A stretch of DNA of 64,000 nucleotides. Source: Camelus dromedarius (lineage: Eukaryota). This document shows, piece after piece, positions 1 through 13,535 of the stretch. Within the stretch, counting starts at the first letter, position 1. Each line of letters starts with the position of its first letter. The notes beneath the pieces were generated by a model that was not told the DNA's origin, ran no database searches, and was given only the letters and a program-made list of their open reading frames with translations. Position numbers and translations under genes: made by a program. Location of the stretch: positions 79,052,001 to 79,116,000 of the forward strand of contig NC_087437.1 in NCBI RefSeq assembly GCF_036321535.1. Reading direction: 5' to 3'.

Positions 1-1645
1 CAATATATAATTGGTGATATGGTGGATTACATGGATTTGTTCTCAGTTGTTGAACCAGCCTTGCATACCTGTAATAAATCCCAATTTGTCATGTTATATA
101 ATTATTTCTATACATTTTGGGCTTGGTTTGTTTATATTTTTTGAGGATTTTTGTGTCTAAGTTCATGAGAGATATTGGTGTAGCATTTTTCTTTATTCTC
201 TCTTTTTTCTCTTTTTTCTTTCTTTTTATTATATTTGTCTGGTTTTGGTATCAGGGAAATGCTAGCTTCACAAAATTACTTGGAGAGAGTTTTTCATCTT
301 CTATATTCTAGAAAAGACTGTCACAATATGTTAATCTTTTTGCATTTCAGTTTGGAAAGTTTCTATTGACTCATCTGTAAGTTCACTGATTCTTCCTGTG
401 GCCTTTCTGAGTCTGCTGATGAGTCCATCAAAGGCAGTCTTCATTAGTGTGACAGTGTCTTTGATTTCTAGTGTTTTCTTTTCAGGCTCTCTTAGAATTT
501 CCATTTCTCTGCTTAAATTATCCATATATTATCTGCTGTCTACTTTTTCCATTATAGATCTTAATGTATTTATCATCAAAATTTTAAATTCTTTATCTGC
601 TAATTCCAAAATCCATGTCAGTTTCTGAGTCTGGCTCTGATGATTGTGTTGTCTCTTCAGACTATGTTTTTCTTGCTTTTTGGCATGATTTTTTCATTGT
701 TGAATGTCAGATATGTTACATCAGGTAATAAATTCTGAAGTAAATAGGATTTTAGTGCAAGAATTCATTTTAATTTGGCTAAGAGTTGTCCTACATTTAG
801 TGTTGTCTATAGCTCTAAGTGCCAGAAACTTCAAATTTATTTAGTGTCCTTATTTTTGTCTCCCTTCTTGACTTTGGGCTTCCCTAGAAACTCTTCCTTA
901 GAGAGAGACTATGTCTTGAAAGACGCTTATTAAATGGGACTTTTTTTGGTGTGAAAGTAAGGTGTAAGTGAAGATAAGTGCTCTATAATCCTCCAATTAA
1001 ACTCTTCACCTTTTAGTGAGTCTTGGACCCTCACAAATGTTTTTTTAACAGCTATATAGTTGTTTTCCTCCAGCACCCTAATCTGTCCCCTGGTGGCAGC
1101 ATTTTTCAATTTATTTCCTTGAAATGCTGATCTCTACTGGCTGCATTTTTTTTTTCCCTTATATGAGACAGAAAGGTTAGAAGTGGGAGATATTTTCTTC
1201 CTCAGGATAAGGCTCTGACAAAGGCTTTTGCCCTGGAGAACAGGCTTTTGTTACAGAGCATCTGTGGGCATATTTCATGATGATTACTCTTCCCTTCCCC
1301 TGCCAGAGCCAAGAGGGGATACTGACCAGATCTTCACCATGAAATCTTGATGGAGTTCCTAGAAGGAAAGCCCACCCTGCTCAGAATGCAGTCCCAAGGA
1401 ATTTCTTACTCTGAGACTAATCCACACTCAGCCTTCAGTAGTTCATCAAAATTATCATTTAAATTCTCCTACAGTTTGTGTCTCCAGAAGTTTCTGTTCC
1501 AGTAAATATGTCTTGGCTGTGTCTCTCTGGATGCGTCTGTCTCTCTAGATTTCTAGGTAGCAATTTTCCCTGCAACCTCAGTTCTCTGAAGCATCCAAGA
1601 ATTACTTTCAAGCATTTTTCAGACTGAAGCCAAAACTAGAAATTC
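1..1645 (-). mobile_element. Old LINE-1 (L1M4/MC/MD-like): 5'UTR + ORF1 N-terminus joined to an ORF2 fragment (internally deleted; continues off window)
   Basis: 1-321 reads as antisense L1 ORF2 (ttgaaccagccttgcatacctg..., tttggtatcaggg). ORF 331..525(-) MDNLSREMEILR...AFDGLISRL...GRISEL resembles the L1 ORF1p coiled coil. A 5'UTR-like tract runs to ~1645. Confidence 0.85.
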
Positions 1646-2837
1646 TTACTTTTTAAAAAATTTAAGTATAAAAATATTGGTAATGAAAGTAATTTATTTT
1701 AAAAAATTTTCCTATAATTATAGACATAGAGTAGACAGTTTTATGCAAACAAACGAAAAAACAAAAATCTTCGTAAACATGTTCTAGGAAACACAAAATG
1801 AATAAATAGTCATTATAAGACCTCCAGGTAATTCATGCAGATACACATACATACTCCAAAGTTATTTTTGGAAATTTCTTAAAACCAATTAGCCATACAG
1901 TCCAAATAAATTAACTCAGCCTTTAATTAAATTGTGTATAATACTGTCTGCTTTATGTGTGTACTAATTTATAAAATCCTTGAATATGAGATCTGTTAAA
2001 ACAATTTGTGTATCATTCAGAATGTCCAAAATACTACTGAATGCATATTCTCCATAAAATGTTGTCAGAATAGATTAGGGGGTAACAAACCCAAGTATGT
2101 GTTTGAGTGTTGAGGAAGTTGCATCCTCTCTAATCTGCTTTTGAACACTTCTATCAAATACATAGTTGATTCTAATGCAATTATTTGAATGCTGTTTAGT
2201 AAAACATTACAGTTTTAGCTATATCTAGGAGTCTCAGAGGGGTCTATGTATATAATACATGTCAATGATGTGTTCTTTATAATCATACACTTGTTATGTA
2301 TTGACATATCAGTCATACTTGGATATTGGTGTATGTTATATGTATTCTGTGTAGGAAAGAGAGTTGGCAATTCATTAATTTCTTTAATTGATTAGTATCC
2401 CTTGAAAGTAATAGTTTCATTTGCTGAGTTAATGATTGCAATTCACTTGTATCTGTATGCAGGGCTAATTGGTTTGACAACACAGAGCTATAGAATATAA
2501 AAACAAAAGATCACCTTGTTAAGTTTAATAAAAGACAGTATCTATTATCAGGTACTTATGACACTTTCAGCTTTGAAAGGAAGAGAGTACATTTAATCTC
2601 TTCTTTGAAAATACCTGTTTACTCTGATTACCAAAGCTAATTAAATAATCATGAGTATATTAAATCATTCTTTAGGCTTAGAAAGTGAAAGTATTTCCAG
2701 TTGTGCATTACAGCATATCCAAGTCTATGTCCTTGCAAATAGACATTTTTATAAATGAACCATAATAACACATTTCATATGATTATTGTAACAGTTTTTT
2801 AAAGAAATGAAGAAAAAGCTAAAAAGATGACCATTTG

Positions 2838-3665
2838 CTAGTTCAACAAATATATATTGAGCATTTATTATGGACAAGATAGTAAATTAGATGCTATGGA
2901 AATTTATAGTATTAAACCAGTCATGGACCATCCGCTAGGGAAAGAAGCAGCAGAAAAACACTCTTGACTAACCACCTAATAAAATAGGATATATTCTGCT
3001 AAATGCTTACATAAATGTTTTGTCTTCTGTTTCTGTTTACATGTAAGCAAAATGTTTCAAGTAAATCCTTTCATAAGTGTTACTGGATGAATATTTGTTG
3101 ACTAAATGGAGTTTAAGGAAGAAAGAACTTTTATCAAATACTGGCTGTAGAGCTAGCTCTATTTACAGGAGGGAAAGTTTGCTTCTAGAAGAGATGTGAA
3201 TTCTAGGAACGTGTGAAAGGGGAGTTGGCACTTTAAACAGCCGCTAAGTGACAGGTAGGATTTGTACTTGTCTTGACGGAGAGAAAGCCATTCTAGCATT
3301 GAGTGGAAGCGTGGTTACTTTATAGTGATTAGTTAGATTTGCCTGAAAGGTAAGGTCCTTGGAATATTGGGAAATGTCAATAAATAAATAGATTTGTGTC
3401 AGGATATTGAAGCACTTGATTCAGCCTAAGGATTTCAATTCTAGATTATAAGAAAATGAAACCCCTGGAGTTTTTGAGCTAAGATGAGCCATGAACTCAA
3501 ATGTGTTTCAGGATGTTGAATCTAGTAGTATATGAGAAATGAACTAAGTCAGGAAGTGACTGGAGCTGACAAGATAAGTTGAAAGCTATTAAAATATCCC
3601 AGGTAACAGGTAATAATGGCCTGAACTTTGATAGCAGCATAGGTATGGAGAGGTGGGCCAAGGTA
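2838..3665 (-). mobile_element. LINE-2 remnant (fragmented)
   Basis: ttcaacaaatatatattgagcatttattat resembles the antisense L2 3' tail. 3580-3660 (gctattaaaatatcccaggt...ggcctgaact...tatggagag) resembles the L2 body. Confidence 0.6.
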
Positions 3666-4915
3666 AGATAAATTATCCAACAGTATCTCTCATACCTCAG
3701 TCCCATTTCCATCTATCCTGCTAAAATGCATGCTGGCTCTTTTCCACATATCCTTGTGAAGACAAATTTGAAGTTAATAACACCTCAACTTTCTGTCACT
3801 GTTCTTTCTTTTATTTCATTTTGTGGAAATTATCTTGCATTCCTCCATATTCGTACATGTTAGCATTTGAAAACATAAATTGAATAACAACATCTTTACA
3901 ATAACCTAAGTATATGCCACAAGTCAAGTAGCACAGTTTGCAGTGACAGTGGTAAATGCAGTCTAATTTTAAAGCTCCTAATACTGTGGACAGAGAAACC
4001 TGAATTTATCTGAAAATTTCATGGGAATACCTGTCATTTCTAAATTCATTTTGCATTATATATTTAATAAGACTTATCAGTAGAGATAATGTGCTTTTTT
4101 TGCTAGTGTTCTTATTCAAAATATCTATAGTTAGCTTCATAAAACTCCCCTGAAAGATAATACCTTGACTCAAACATGCTATGGGGTTATCATGAACATA
4201 TAAAGCAGACAAATAAAGAAAATGTCAAATTCAATTTGACAAATAGAACTTATTACCCAGACACAAGAGGAATATTGTCAGACTGCGCTACTTATTAAAA
4301 ATTGTCATAAGAAGATGTGTTCCCTCTATCCTGATTGATGCAAATGATATATTTGTCCCATCACAGTTTCTGGATTCTTTCATATTTTCAATACAGGCTA
4401 TAAAGGAGACAAAAAAAGGATAGGAACTTGAAAAGTGATCTCCCTATGAGTATTTTTGAGGTTATTCAATAACATTTAGAAGCCTACTAAAATGTGGATG
4501 CCCAGCCTCTTCAAGATGTCTCTTTCACCCTCATTCAGCTATTTTATCCTATACCCTAACTTCTGGTAATGAGTATAGTGTAGAGGTTTTGGAGAGGAAA
4601 AAAGGAATCATAAAGTTCAGACATAATTTATATCTTTTTTGCATTTCATGTTTCCAATTTTTTTAAACATCTTGCAACATTTTAAAAAAATGTCTCATCT
4701 CAAGAGAGTGGTTGAAATGGTTCAGTTGCATTCAGGGATAAAAGAGTATAATTTTTAAAAATATCAGTATAGCCTGAATTTTTGAACCACTGGAATAACA
4801 GTTGAATAATTCCATGAACAATAATTATATTAGGAAGCTTCTGATTCTTTTACTTCTTTATATAACAACTATATTTTGCAGGCTTCTCATACTATTTACA
4901 TAGCCAAAGAATGAA

Positions 4916-5002
4916 GTATATATATATCTTGTGTATATATGTATCTTGTATGTGTGTGTGTGTTTTATATATATATATAAAATGTATATATACATATATA
5001 TG
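4916..5002. repeat. Compound (TA)n/(TG)n microsatellite
   Basis: Directly visible interrupted TA and TG runs. Confidence 0.9.
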
Positions 5003-8000
5003 CGAAATACTCTATACAGGAATGCTATTGAAGAGATTTCTTCTTCAACCTAAATTGCCTCTGAACATCCTGATAACTATGACAATAAGTATATAAATAA
5101 TGTGTGAAGTAAAGCATTATGTGGAAATACATGTTTTATAGAATTGTATTTTTTCAAACATATAGAGTCTGTGTGAAACATATTCCTGTTAAAACAAGAT
5201 TTAAATTATATATATAAATTACATACCTAAATTACATTAAATGTTAGGGGAAATCATCTATCCAAAGAAGGCCAGATATTTGGAGTGCATCTTTGCATCT
5301 ATGTGACTTTGCATCTATGTAACTAAATTATTTAGAAAGCATATAATGACTATGCTTACTGTATTTCTTAGAATATGTTTACCAAGCTTTTCTGTTTATT
5401 TGAATGGAAACTTCTGTATCTGTTCAATGGTAACTCAAGGCTACTTTATAATTAATTATTTTTGTTACCAAACTTGTTCTATCAACTCCTGAACTCATAC
5501 CAATTTTATTTATAAATGGAGATAATAAAATGAAATAAATGACTGCAAAAGCCAGGTGGTAAATTAGATGAAGGGCATAAATGAGATTGTAGAGAAATTA
5601 GAGCATAGACACAAAGAGGGTGAGTCCAAAACTCATGTCCAAGTGATTGCTGCCATGTTATAATTCAGGACTAGCTACAAAGATTCTGTCCCATCACGGG
5701 TAAAGATGACGTGAGGCATTAGGTAGTCATGGAGTAGGGGAAGGGGGTGAGGCTTTGTCAGGGGACTTAAGTGGGGGAAGACTACTTGTGTTTCTATTCT
5801 GCTTTACTTATTCTTATTTCAATTTTGCAACCATCCATCAGCCAGGCATTCTATAAACACCATGTGTCCGAGTAGATGTTAAAGATTAAAACTATAAAAA
5901 ATGAACAAGCAAAGACATTGCTTAGTGTGTTTTAGAGAAACTAAGCACTAAATAAGTAATCAGAACCATGGTGGGTACTGAGAAAACAGAACACCGTGGG
6001 TTCCACCACCCTGCCCTGTATGTACTGTGCATTACTATTTGCTATATAGTGCGTGGTTCAGTATTATTCTTGGAAACCTGTTTTTGTTTCTGTGTGTATG
6101 CAAACTTGTCTAATTAAAATTAAATAAAGTATTGGCTTTTCCACTCAGTTATGAGTGTAATACTGCTCAAAAAAACCCAGCAATCATGTAAATTCAGTTC
6201 AGTATCCCAATAGCTAATGAGAAGTCTTTACAAATTCTGGAAAACTTTACTATTGTTGCTGAGTCATATTTGAATCATAAAATATTTGTTTAGAAGTCTT
6301 TTATAAAGTTATTATTGGGGGAAGTAAGGTATTTCCTAGCCTGGTTCTGTTGTGGGTGTAGCCCTTCACCTTTGAAACATGTTATCAAATTGCTTCTCCT
6401 TTACTTTCATTTTGAAGTGCTTGAACAAAATATTCCTCCACCAAAGTCTGAGGAGTATTTGATTTATTTAAAATAAATCTATTCCCCTTAAGAAGAAGCT
6501 CAGTTGGGGAGGAGGTGGGGTGGGCAATTTGTTCCAGTTGATTCTCTTTCCTAATGCCTTACAGAACTCACAGAACTTACAGAACTAGTCTAAAAGGAGC
6601 TGCTGCTTCTTAAAACAGTTCTTTGCTGTTCTAAAATGTTTACTTCCACCAGGAACTTGACGGATGCTTAGAATTTCTGCACGTTATATTACTTTTGTTC
6701 ATCCAGTCTAAATCCCTGCAAGCCCAGGCCTGATGTTGAGTTGGAGCTTTCTTATAAAATGTGAAATTATAAAATTTTTAATAGAAAATGCTCCTTATAA
6801 AATGTGAGCAGTTCGATATATTTTTCCAAAACGCTGTATGCCAGTGCTCTTCTCTTTACTGTTGTGCCTCACTGGTGACTATGTGACACAGTTTGAATTG
6901 TCTTGACTGATTACTTCTAAGGATGCCCAAGAAGAAAAATAATTTGCACATCGTTAAGTCTCTCATTTTCAGGGTATACATTGTTCTTTCTGTAGGGGAA
7001 CACGCAAACAAACAAAAAACACTGAAGATTCCCAACATGAAGCAAAGAGTGAGTTTGCAGTTACAGGTCACTAGTTATCATGGTTAAATTCTTTATTAAA
7101 AGCTGAAACTTACTTTTCTTTTCTGTAAAATTAAAATAATAAAATATGTTGGATCATTGAAGTTGATGCCAGTTTAGAATGTGTAAAAATATGTTTACAA
7201 AAATAGTGAATAAGTATCAGAGAATATTGAAATACTGCTATGATTTTTTAGTACCTCTTTTACTTTCTTATAATGAAGGTGTTCACATTGACCAATAGAA
7301 GGGTCCAGATGAATACATATCTCAATAAAAGAGGTAACAGGGGTTCCAAAAACAATCACAAGGACACTGGAATTCAATATAATTTGCTTACCTATCTGGC
7401 AGATTCAAAGCTGTCGTTAAGGGATCTTCTGACAGAAGCTAGTTTAGTGTGAAAATTCGGGTGGCGTTTCTTCCTGACTGACTCATAGGGCATTGAGAAG
7501 TATAATTCCAAAGCCCTATGGACGTTGAGTATCATTTAAGATGATAGCACAGCTATTCTGCCTGAATTTTAAAATGTCAACTCACGTATTTTTCATCAGT
7601 ATATATTCAGGACCACTTGCTGCCCTTTAAAAAAAATAGACTAGAGCTAGAACTATTGGCAGGTCTTGGTATCTTACCCAACAGCAGAGCACCTTTTAGA
7701 TAATACATGTTCACTTGATTGGTTCTTTCTCTCTGATGACATTGTGGAGACATTCAGGCTTTCGGATTTGCACTGCAGAAAGATAGTCAGGGCTCCCCAA
7801 TGTGAGAAATCTTTATTCTCTCACTGTGCCTTGCTTCTTCTTCAGTGGACTTTAAAGACCTCACTGGGAACTGTCTTTACAACTTCAAAGTACAAGATTC
7901 CATTCTTACACATATCTAACCATTTCTGAATTAATTATTAATACTTTGTCAGGGGGATATTTTTCCTCAGTGGTTTATATGGAGCAGTTCTATCCTAAAA

Positions 8001-9673
8001 AGCATAACTGTGCTCTGGTATAGACCCCAATAGGGAGAATATTAGAAGTATTTAGTTTTCTACTGTGGTATCATATCCAGCTTTGTCAATTCCACATTTT
8101 TGAAAGTGGTACTGCTTCCATTTTCAGAATACAAATAAAAATTCAGAGAAATGAAAGGGAATCACTATATAATATAGGAGAATTATTTGACTGTTTTTTG
8201 TTGTTTTTGTTTTGTGGATTTTTTTGTGAAAGATTTCAGTGTTTAATCTGTGTCCAATCCAGGATTCAGTGCTGTGGTAGGTCCAAGAAAGAGACAGACT
8301 GGAAAAAAACAAAGAAAGCAGAGTTTGGCCTAGAAAAAGTTCACCATTTACTAAAAGAATCCACCATGTAAACAAATAAAACAACTTGAGAAAAATCTAT
8401 AAACAGATTCTGATTTTTCTTTTTTGATGATATTGTTTTATTTTCCTTTTGCATCATTCAAAACTAGCCTTTTGGAATTATTATTCTTGAGGGTAGAGTA
8501 AAAGTAAAACAAGGAACAAAAAATCGATACCGTGGAAATAACAAAGAGATAGGCTAAGTGGAGACAAATGTTTCTGGTATAAATGTAATACTTTGATAAT
8601 GTACTTTCCAAGACTGAGATACTGTTATGGTGCAAGCTGTTCATGCTTATATACACTATCCAGGGGTGTGTGTGTGTGTATAGGTGTTCATGCATATGTA
8701 CATATATTAACCTTCAACCGTAAGATATATCTTCACAACACTAATTGTTTTTGAATAACTGGTGTTTTCCTTCCCTTGGATGTGTCCAGTAGTTGAGAAT
8801 CAATCCAAAATTTCAGCTGCTTGAGTATCCCAGATACCACTTCTTCAGCAGAGTAGATCTTCAGGTAGAGCAAGCTCACTGCTCTCCAATTTTCAGTTAC
8901 CTAAACAGCCTCTTTGCCCTTTTATTTTTGATGTAGGATTAACAAATTTTATTATTGAGAAAAGGAAGGCACAATTAACTAAACATATAGACTGTTGTCC
9001 AAATGCTTTGGGAAAAGATAATCATGATCTTTTCAGGCATTCAAAAGAGTAATTACTTGGATAAATGCAACGCTGAGGTGTGGAGGTTTTACTGAAGCCA
9101 GTGTAAATAACCAGGGACATGGACCAGACAGGCATCAAGCCTAAATCGATGTCCATTGTGAATGTGTTTAGTTAGGCTGCCTTTGATGAGTGTCCTGGAT
9201 CTCATCTTCAGTGGTCTTGGGCAACTTCCTGTTATTCAGTTGGCTGAGTGGAATTTAAATAACCAGTTACATAAAGTAAGGGTTTTTAGTACTGTAAAAA
9301 TAAACAAATCCATTTCCAGAGTTGCTAAACCACAATTTTTCTTTCCTTTTTTTACGATCTTTAGTTTGTAGAAATTGTCTTTTATTTCTTACAACCTTTC
9401 TTCTATGACTTGCATGGGTACAGATCGAGCAGTGTATGAGTGCAGTGAAGATAAGTAGGATTTGTTTCTATTTTTCTTATTCTTATTTCTCACTTCATTA
9501 TGATTGATTCACTACTTGAATAGGCAAATGGGATTGGAGCACTGATATCTTGGGGCTGCAGGAAAAACCCAAGAAAGGTGATTAGAAGAAGAGATGGAAC
9601 TCTTTCCACTGGGTGGTGGTAAAAGAAGTCTAGGATTGTAAGAATATCTGAATGAAATAATGTGGTATGGTGG

Positions 9674-10222
9674 TGTTGGGCTGCACCCCACAGTCCTGGA
9701 TTCCTTGCAGCTGCTAAGACATGAGACTAAAGTAAGAACTCAGAGTCAGAGGCAGAGATTTTAATGATGCATTGGACAGGGTATCTCACAAGTCAGAGGC
9801 AAAGGTCCTGGAGCGACAGCCCACCATATACGGCCTATGGCACACAGGACACGGTAGTAACCATTGCTACACAGGGGAGGAGAAGGCTATCAGTTACATG
9901 GGGTGTGATGCCCTCAGAAGGGCTCCTTGGTTGCCAGGGTGATTGCTGGAATGCATCCCCTACAACTCTTCGGTTTAGCTACTGTTGGGAGGGCCATTGT
10001 CTCCTGTTCATGACAGAACATACTGGAGCCATTCTGATCCAGGGGCTAGAACAGATGTTGGCTGGGAGTCTGGTTGATTACACAGGTAGTTACTGACTAA
10101 ACTTTCAACTTAAGAAGAAGGAAACAATCATGCACAATAAGGTAGTGGTGAGGCAAGGCCAGGTCTGGCAGGGGATGTACAGAGAGCAAGAGAGCAGCCA
10201 TCTTAGGAGGACTGATCATAAA
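9674..10222 (-). mobile_element. Solo ERV LTR (~550 bp)
   Basis: GC-richer block starting TGTTG, flanked by GGTGG at 9669-9673 and 10223-10227 (TSD). Minus-strand ATTAAA near 9760 and a YY1-like AAGATGGC near 10200. Confidence 0.8.
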
Positions 10223-10244
10223 GGTGGCTTGGACTGGAAGGAAA

Positions 10245-10425
10245 AGAATAGGTCTGAAAGACAGAAATCTTGAGTTCTAGCCCTGGATTTTTTTTACTTA
10301 GGAATTAAGTGACCTTAGGCAAACATTTGACCTCTTGGAGACTTGTTTTCTCTTGGTTGCTAACGTGTGCCCAACCAGTCTCAGTGATGATTTGTAGCAG
10401 TCAAATGAGATCATGTGTGCTGTAT
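10245..10425 (+). mobile_element. MIR SINE
   Basis: cttgagttctagccctgg...gtgaccttaggcaaacatttgacctct...gttttctc matches the MIR core. Confidence 0.75.
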
Positions 10426-12921
10426 AGAAATTTTTTCTCTACCTACATGTATACTTGCTCTCTTTACAGAAAAGTTTCAAATTACTTTGAGTAGGTAGAA
10501 GTAAGGAATTTTTGCAGAGACAGATGTGACTTTGTTTTAAGTAATGCAGCTTCCTTTCTTCATTGATTGATGTGCATAAAAGAAGCTCTGGCTCTTTTCA
10601 ATCCAAGAAAAGAATTGTGGTCATTTCTACCCCAGTGTCTAATTTCTTGTGGCTTCAGCCTAAGTTATCAGCAGAGAAGGGAAGTTCTTTGAGACATTAA
10701 AATGTAAATGAGGTGAAACATAGATGTAATTTAATTTAACAAAATGTTTATGAAAGTTTGTCTTGTTTATAAAATTTTGTTGGAAAATTCACATGGGCCT
10801 TTTTCTCCCCTCTTCCTAGAATACCCTTATTTAACATTGTTCATGTGGTCCAATCAACTTCCCATTGTGTATATAGGCCATATTTCAAAACAAGACTCAC
10901 AGCTTTCTAAGGCAGCTCTAGGCAAAGTTTAAAAGTTCATAAATTATTTTAGGTAAACTCTCCTGTCACCCCATCCCCACCAGGTACCTATGATCTGTGT
11001 CACTCCCATAGAATGATAGTCTTAGCTTGTTACCCTCCCTGTGTTTTCAAATATCATGCTAAGATTCCTTATAGTTTAATAAATAATTCCTGGAGATGGA
11101 CAATCTACTGAGACAGACACTGATGAATTCCCAGAGGTGAAATTTGAAGCTCAGTTATAGTAGTTTGAAAATATTTTGAGAGCAGAAAGTCCTCTCATAT
11201 CAAAAATCTCCCAACTATGGCACACATATCCTAAGATTTCCATTTGCTAGCTCACTCTGACAGCTACCTTGTCATTTCTTATAAACTACAGGGTTTTCCA
11301 TCAAGGAAATGAATATTCTTGAGATGGTTCCTTCATATAACAATAGATATTTATGGTGACATGGATATAAATGATAAAAGAATGTTAGTGTTTAAGAAAT
11401 ATTTATTATTATTAAATGAAAATTGCATTTAATGTCAGATGATATCATATATCAAAAATGCATTTCAGTTGAGATTTAAGATTATTATTTATAATACCTA
11501 GCATTTGTTCTTGCCTAGTTGCTTATTTTTATAATATGGCTTCTACCTGCCCTAAGCAAACTTGCAACTTATGTATAGAAACTAAATCCTGATTGGATTC
11601 ATGTAATGATTTTTGTCCAGCAAACTCTAGAGGACCTTATGCATATTAAAGATGCCCTGACTATCAATATGAACCACTCTCAGGAGAAAGTCAGCTAGCT
11701 GTTCCCCTTTAAAGTAGGGTAGAGCTATGTCTGTGACCTTGAATTCCCAATTGAGAGTATAATTATTTCAATTAATTTACTCCTTTCCTTTTTATTCATT
11801 TGTGGTAATTGGATGCATGAGATGGTAGAGACTGCTTTATTTACTTGACAAAAGCTGTTTCTCTTTCATGACTTAAATATGTACTTAGGATGTTCCATCA
11901 AATAACATTTCCTCAGGCTATGATACACATTGTAATATATTTTTTAAAAGCTTATTTAAAATTACATCATGGTTTCTCATTTATCACATGCTCCTGGCTG
12001 AAGAAAACCTTTGGGTGCTCACTTCTTTTGAAAATGAGCACTGTTTTTTTTTTTTTTCCATAATTTCTGACAATTCATGAACTATGTAGAATTTTTATGT
12101 TATCTTTAGAGATAGAAATCTGATTGGAGCAAGGAGGTTGCAGTTTTATCTTGAAGCTATGTTTACAAGGAAAAGCACACTATTTTTACTTAGAACATAT
12201 ATACAGATAACTTTTAAAATAGCAATATTTTCCAAGGATGTTTTTATTATCACTTTTCAAAAGACTACTCATAAAGCATATTATTTTATTAGGGATAGTT
12301 ATGGAAAAAATTCTCAAACTTAGGGGAGAGGTATCCAGAGTTTTTTCTTAGTCACCCATCCCCAACTTCTAATGGATACGATTTCACTGAAATCCAAGTT
12401 TTGCATACCTAACAGATTACATATCTAGCACCAGTTGTAGTTCAGATCACGCTGTAGTCCTCCACCACACCTTAGCAATTAGGAGATTTGACTCAGAAGG
12501 TAAGTTGAGCAGATTTCTTTTGAGAGAAAAGATGTTATTTTTTAAAAGATGTTTTGTATATGTATGTTTATTAATTTCTTACTTTTTATTTAATTGTTCA
12601 TTATGTGAGACATGTAGACATGAAAACAATTATATTTTTAGTATTCTAGACTATTAAGAGTATTTTTAATTATCCAACAAATAGCCTCAGGAGATAGTTT
12701 ACATAATCTACATATTTAAAATGGATACTTTAAAGGAAAGTCAATGAATTCAATTTGGGGTTACTTTAAATAATATATGCAGTGAAATTAAATAACAATT
12801 TAATTTGAAATTAGTGTTGACTTTAGAATGATAATAAAGTTTATGCTGGGCCTTCTGCACAACTTGCACAGAGTTCCTTCCTTTTCCATGAAGTTCTTCT
12901 TTCCTAGTAAACTAGTCCATT

Positions 12922-13535
12922 GGAATGATCCTCACAGTTCCCAGATTCCATGTTTAAGAACTAACCCACTCACTAAAATTTATTTGTAACCTCAACATCA
13001 ATAATTCCAGTGATTTTGAGGTCTTTTGAAGACATGCACATGTGTAGAGTGGCAAAATTTTGAGTTGCCCACACAAATCTGAGGTCAAAGGAGGCAAAGC
13101 TCTGCCTTCTTGTGTCAACTCTTACTCCTTTCTGCAGTCTGTTTAGTGCTACATTGCCCTTATTTTTGTGCATTATGTTGGTGATCTTTCACTGCTTACA
13201 GTGCCTTTAGAAGTGTAGTACTGAAATGCTATCTAGTTTTCTGAAGCGTAAGAAGGCTGTGACATGCCTTACAGAGAAATTTCATGTGTAAGATAAGCTT
13301 TCCTCGGGCAGGAGCTATAGTGCTATTGGCTATGAGTTTAATGCTAATGAATCAACAGTGTATTAAAATAAGATGTCTTTAAACAGAAGCACTCATTAAA
13401 TAAGGTTTTGTATTGATCAGTTGACGTTGTGACCAGCGGCTCACAAGTACCTAATCCTGTTCCTTCCCTAGGGTCGATGATTCAGTATTCGCTAATTCAG
13501 AGTTCCAGGCAACTTTATAAACTGTAACTACTGAG
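12922..13535 (+). mobile_element. MER82-like TcMar-Tigger non-autonomous DNA transposon
   Basis: cactaaaatttatttgtaac..., aagaaggctgtgacatgccttacagagaa and cagtattcgctaattcag follow the recalled MER82 consensus colinearly. Confidence 0.85.

Noticed and set aside
6558..6586. CTTACAGAA x3 and other short repeats as a CRISPR-like or functional array
   Set aside because: Simple 9-bp slippage repeat with no spacers, in a eukaryotic context.
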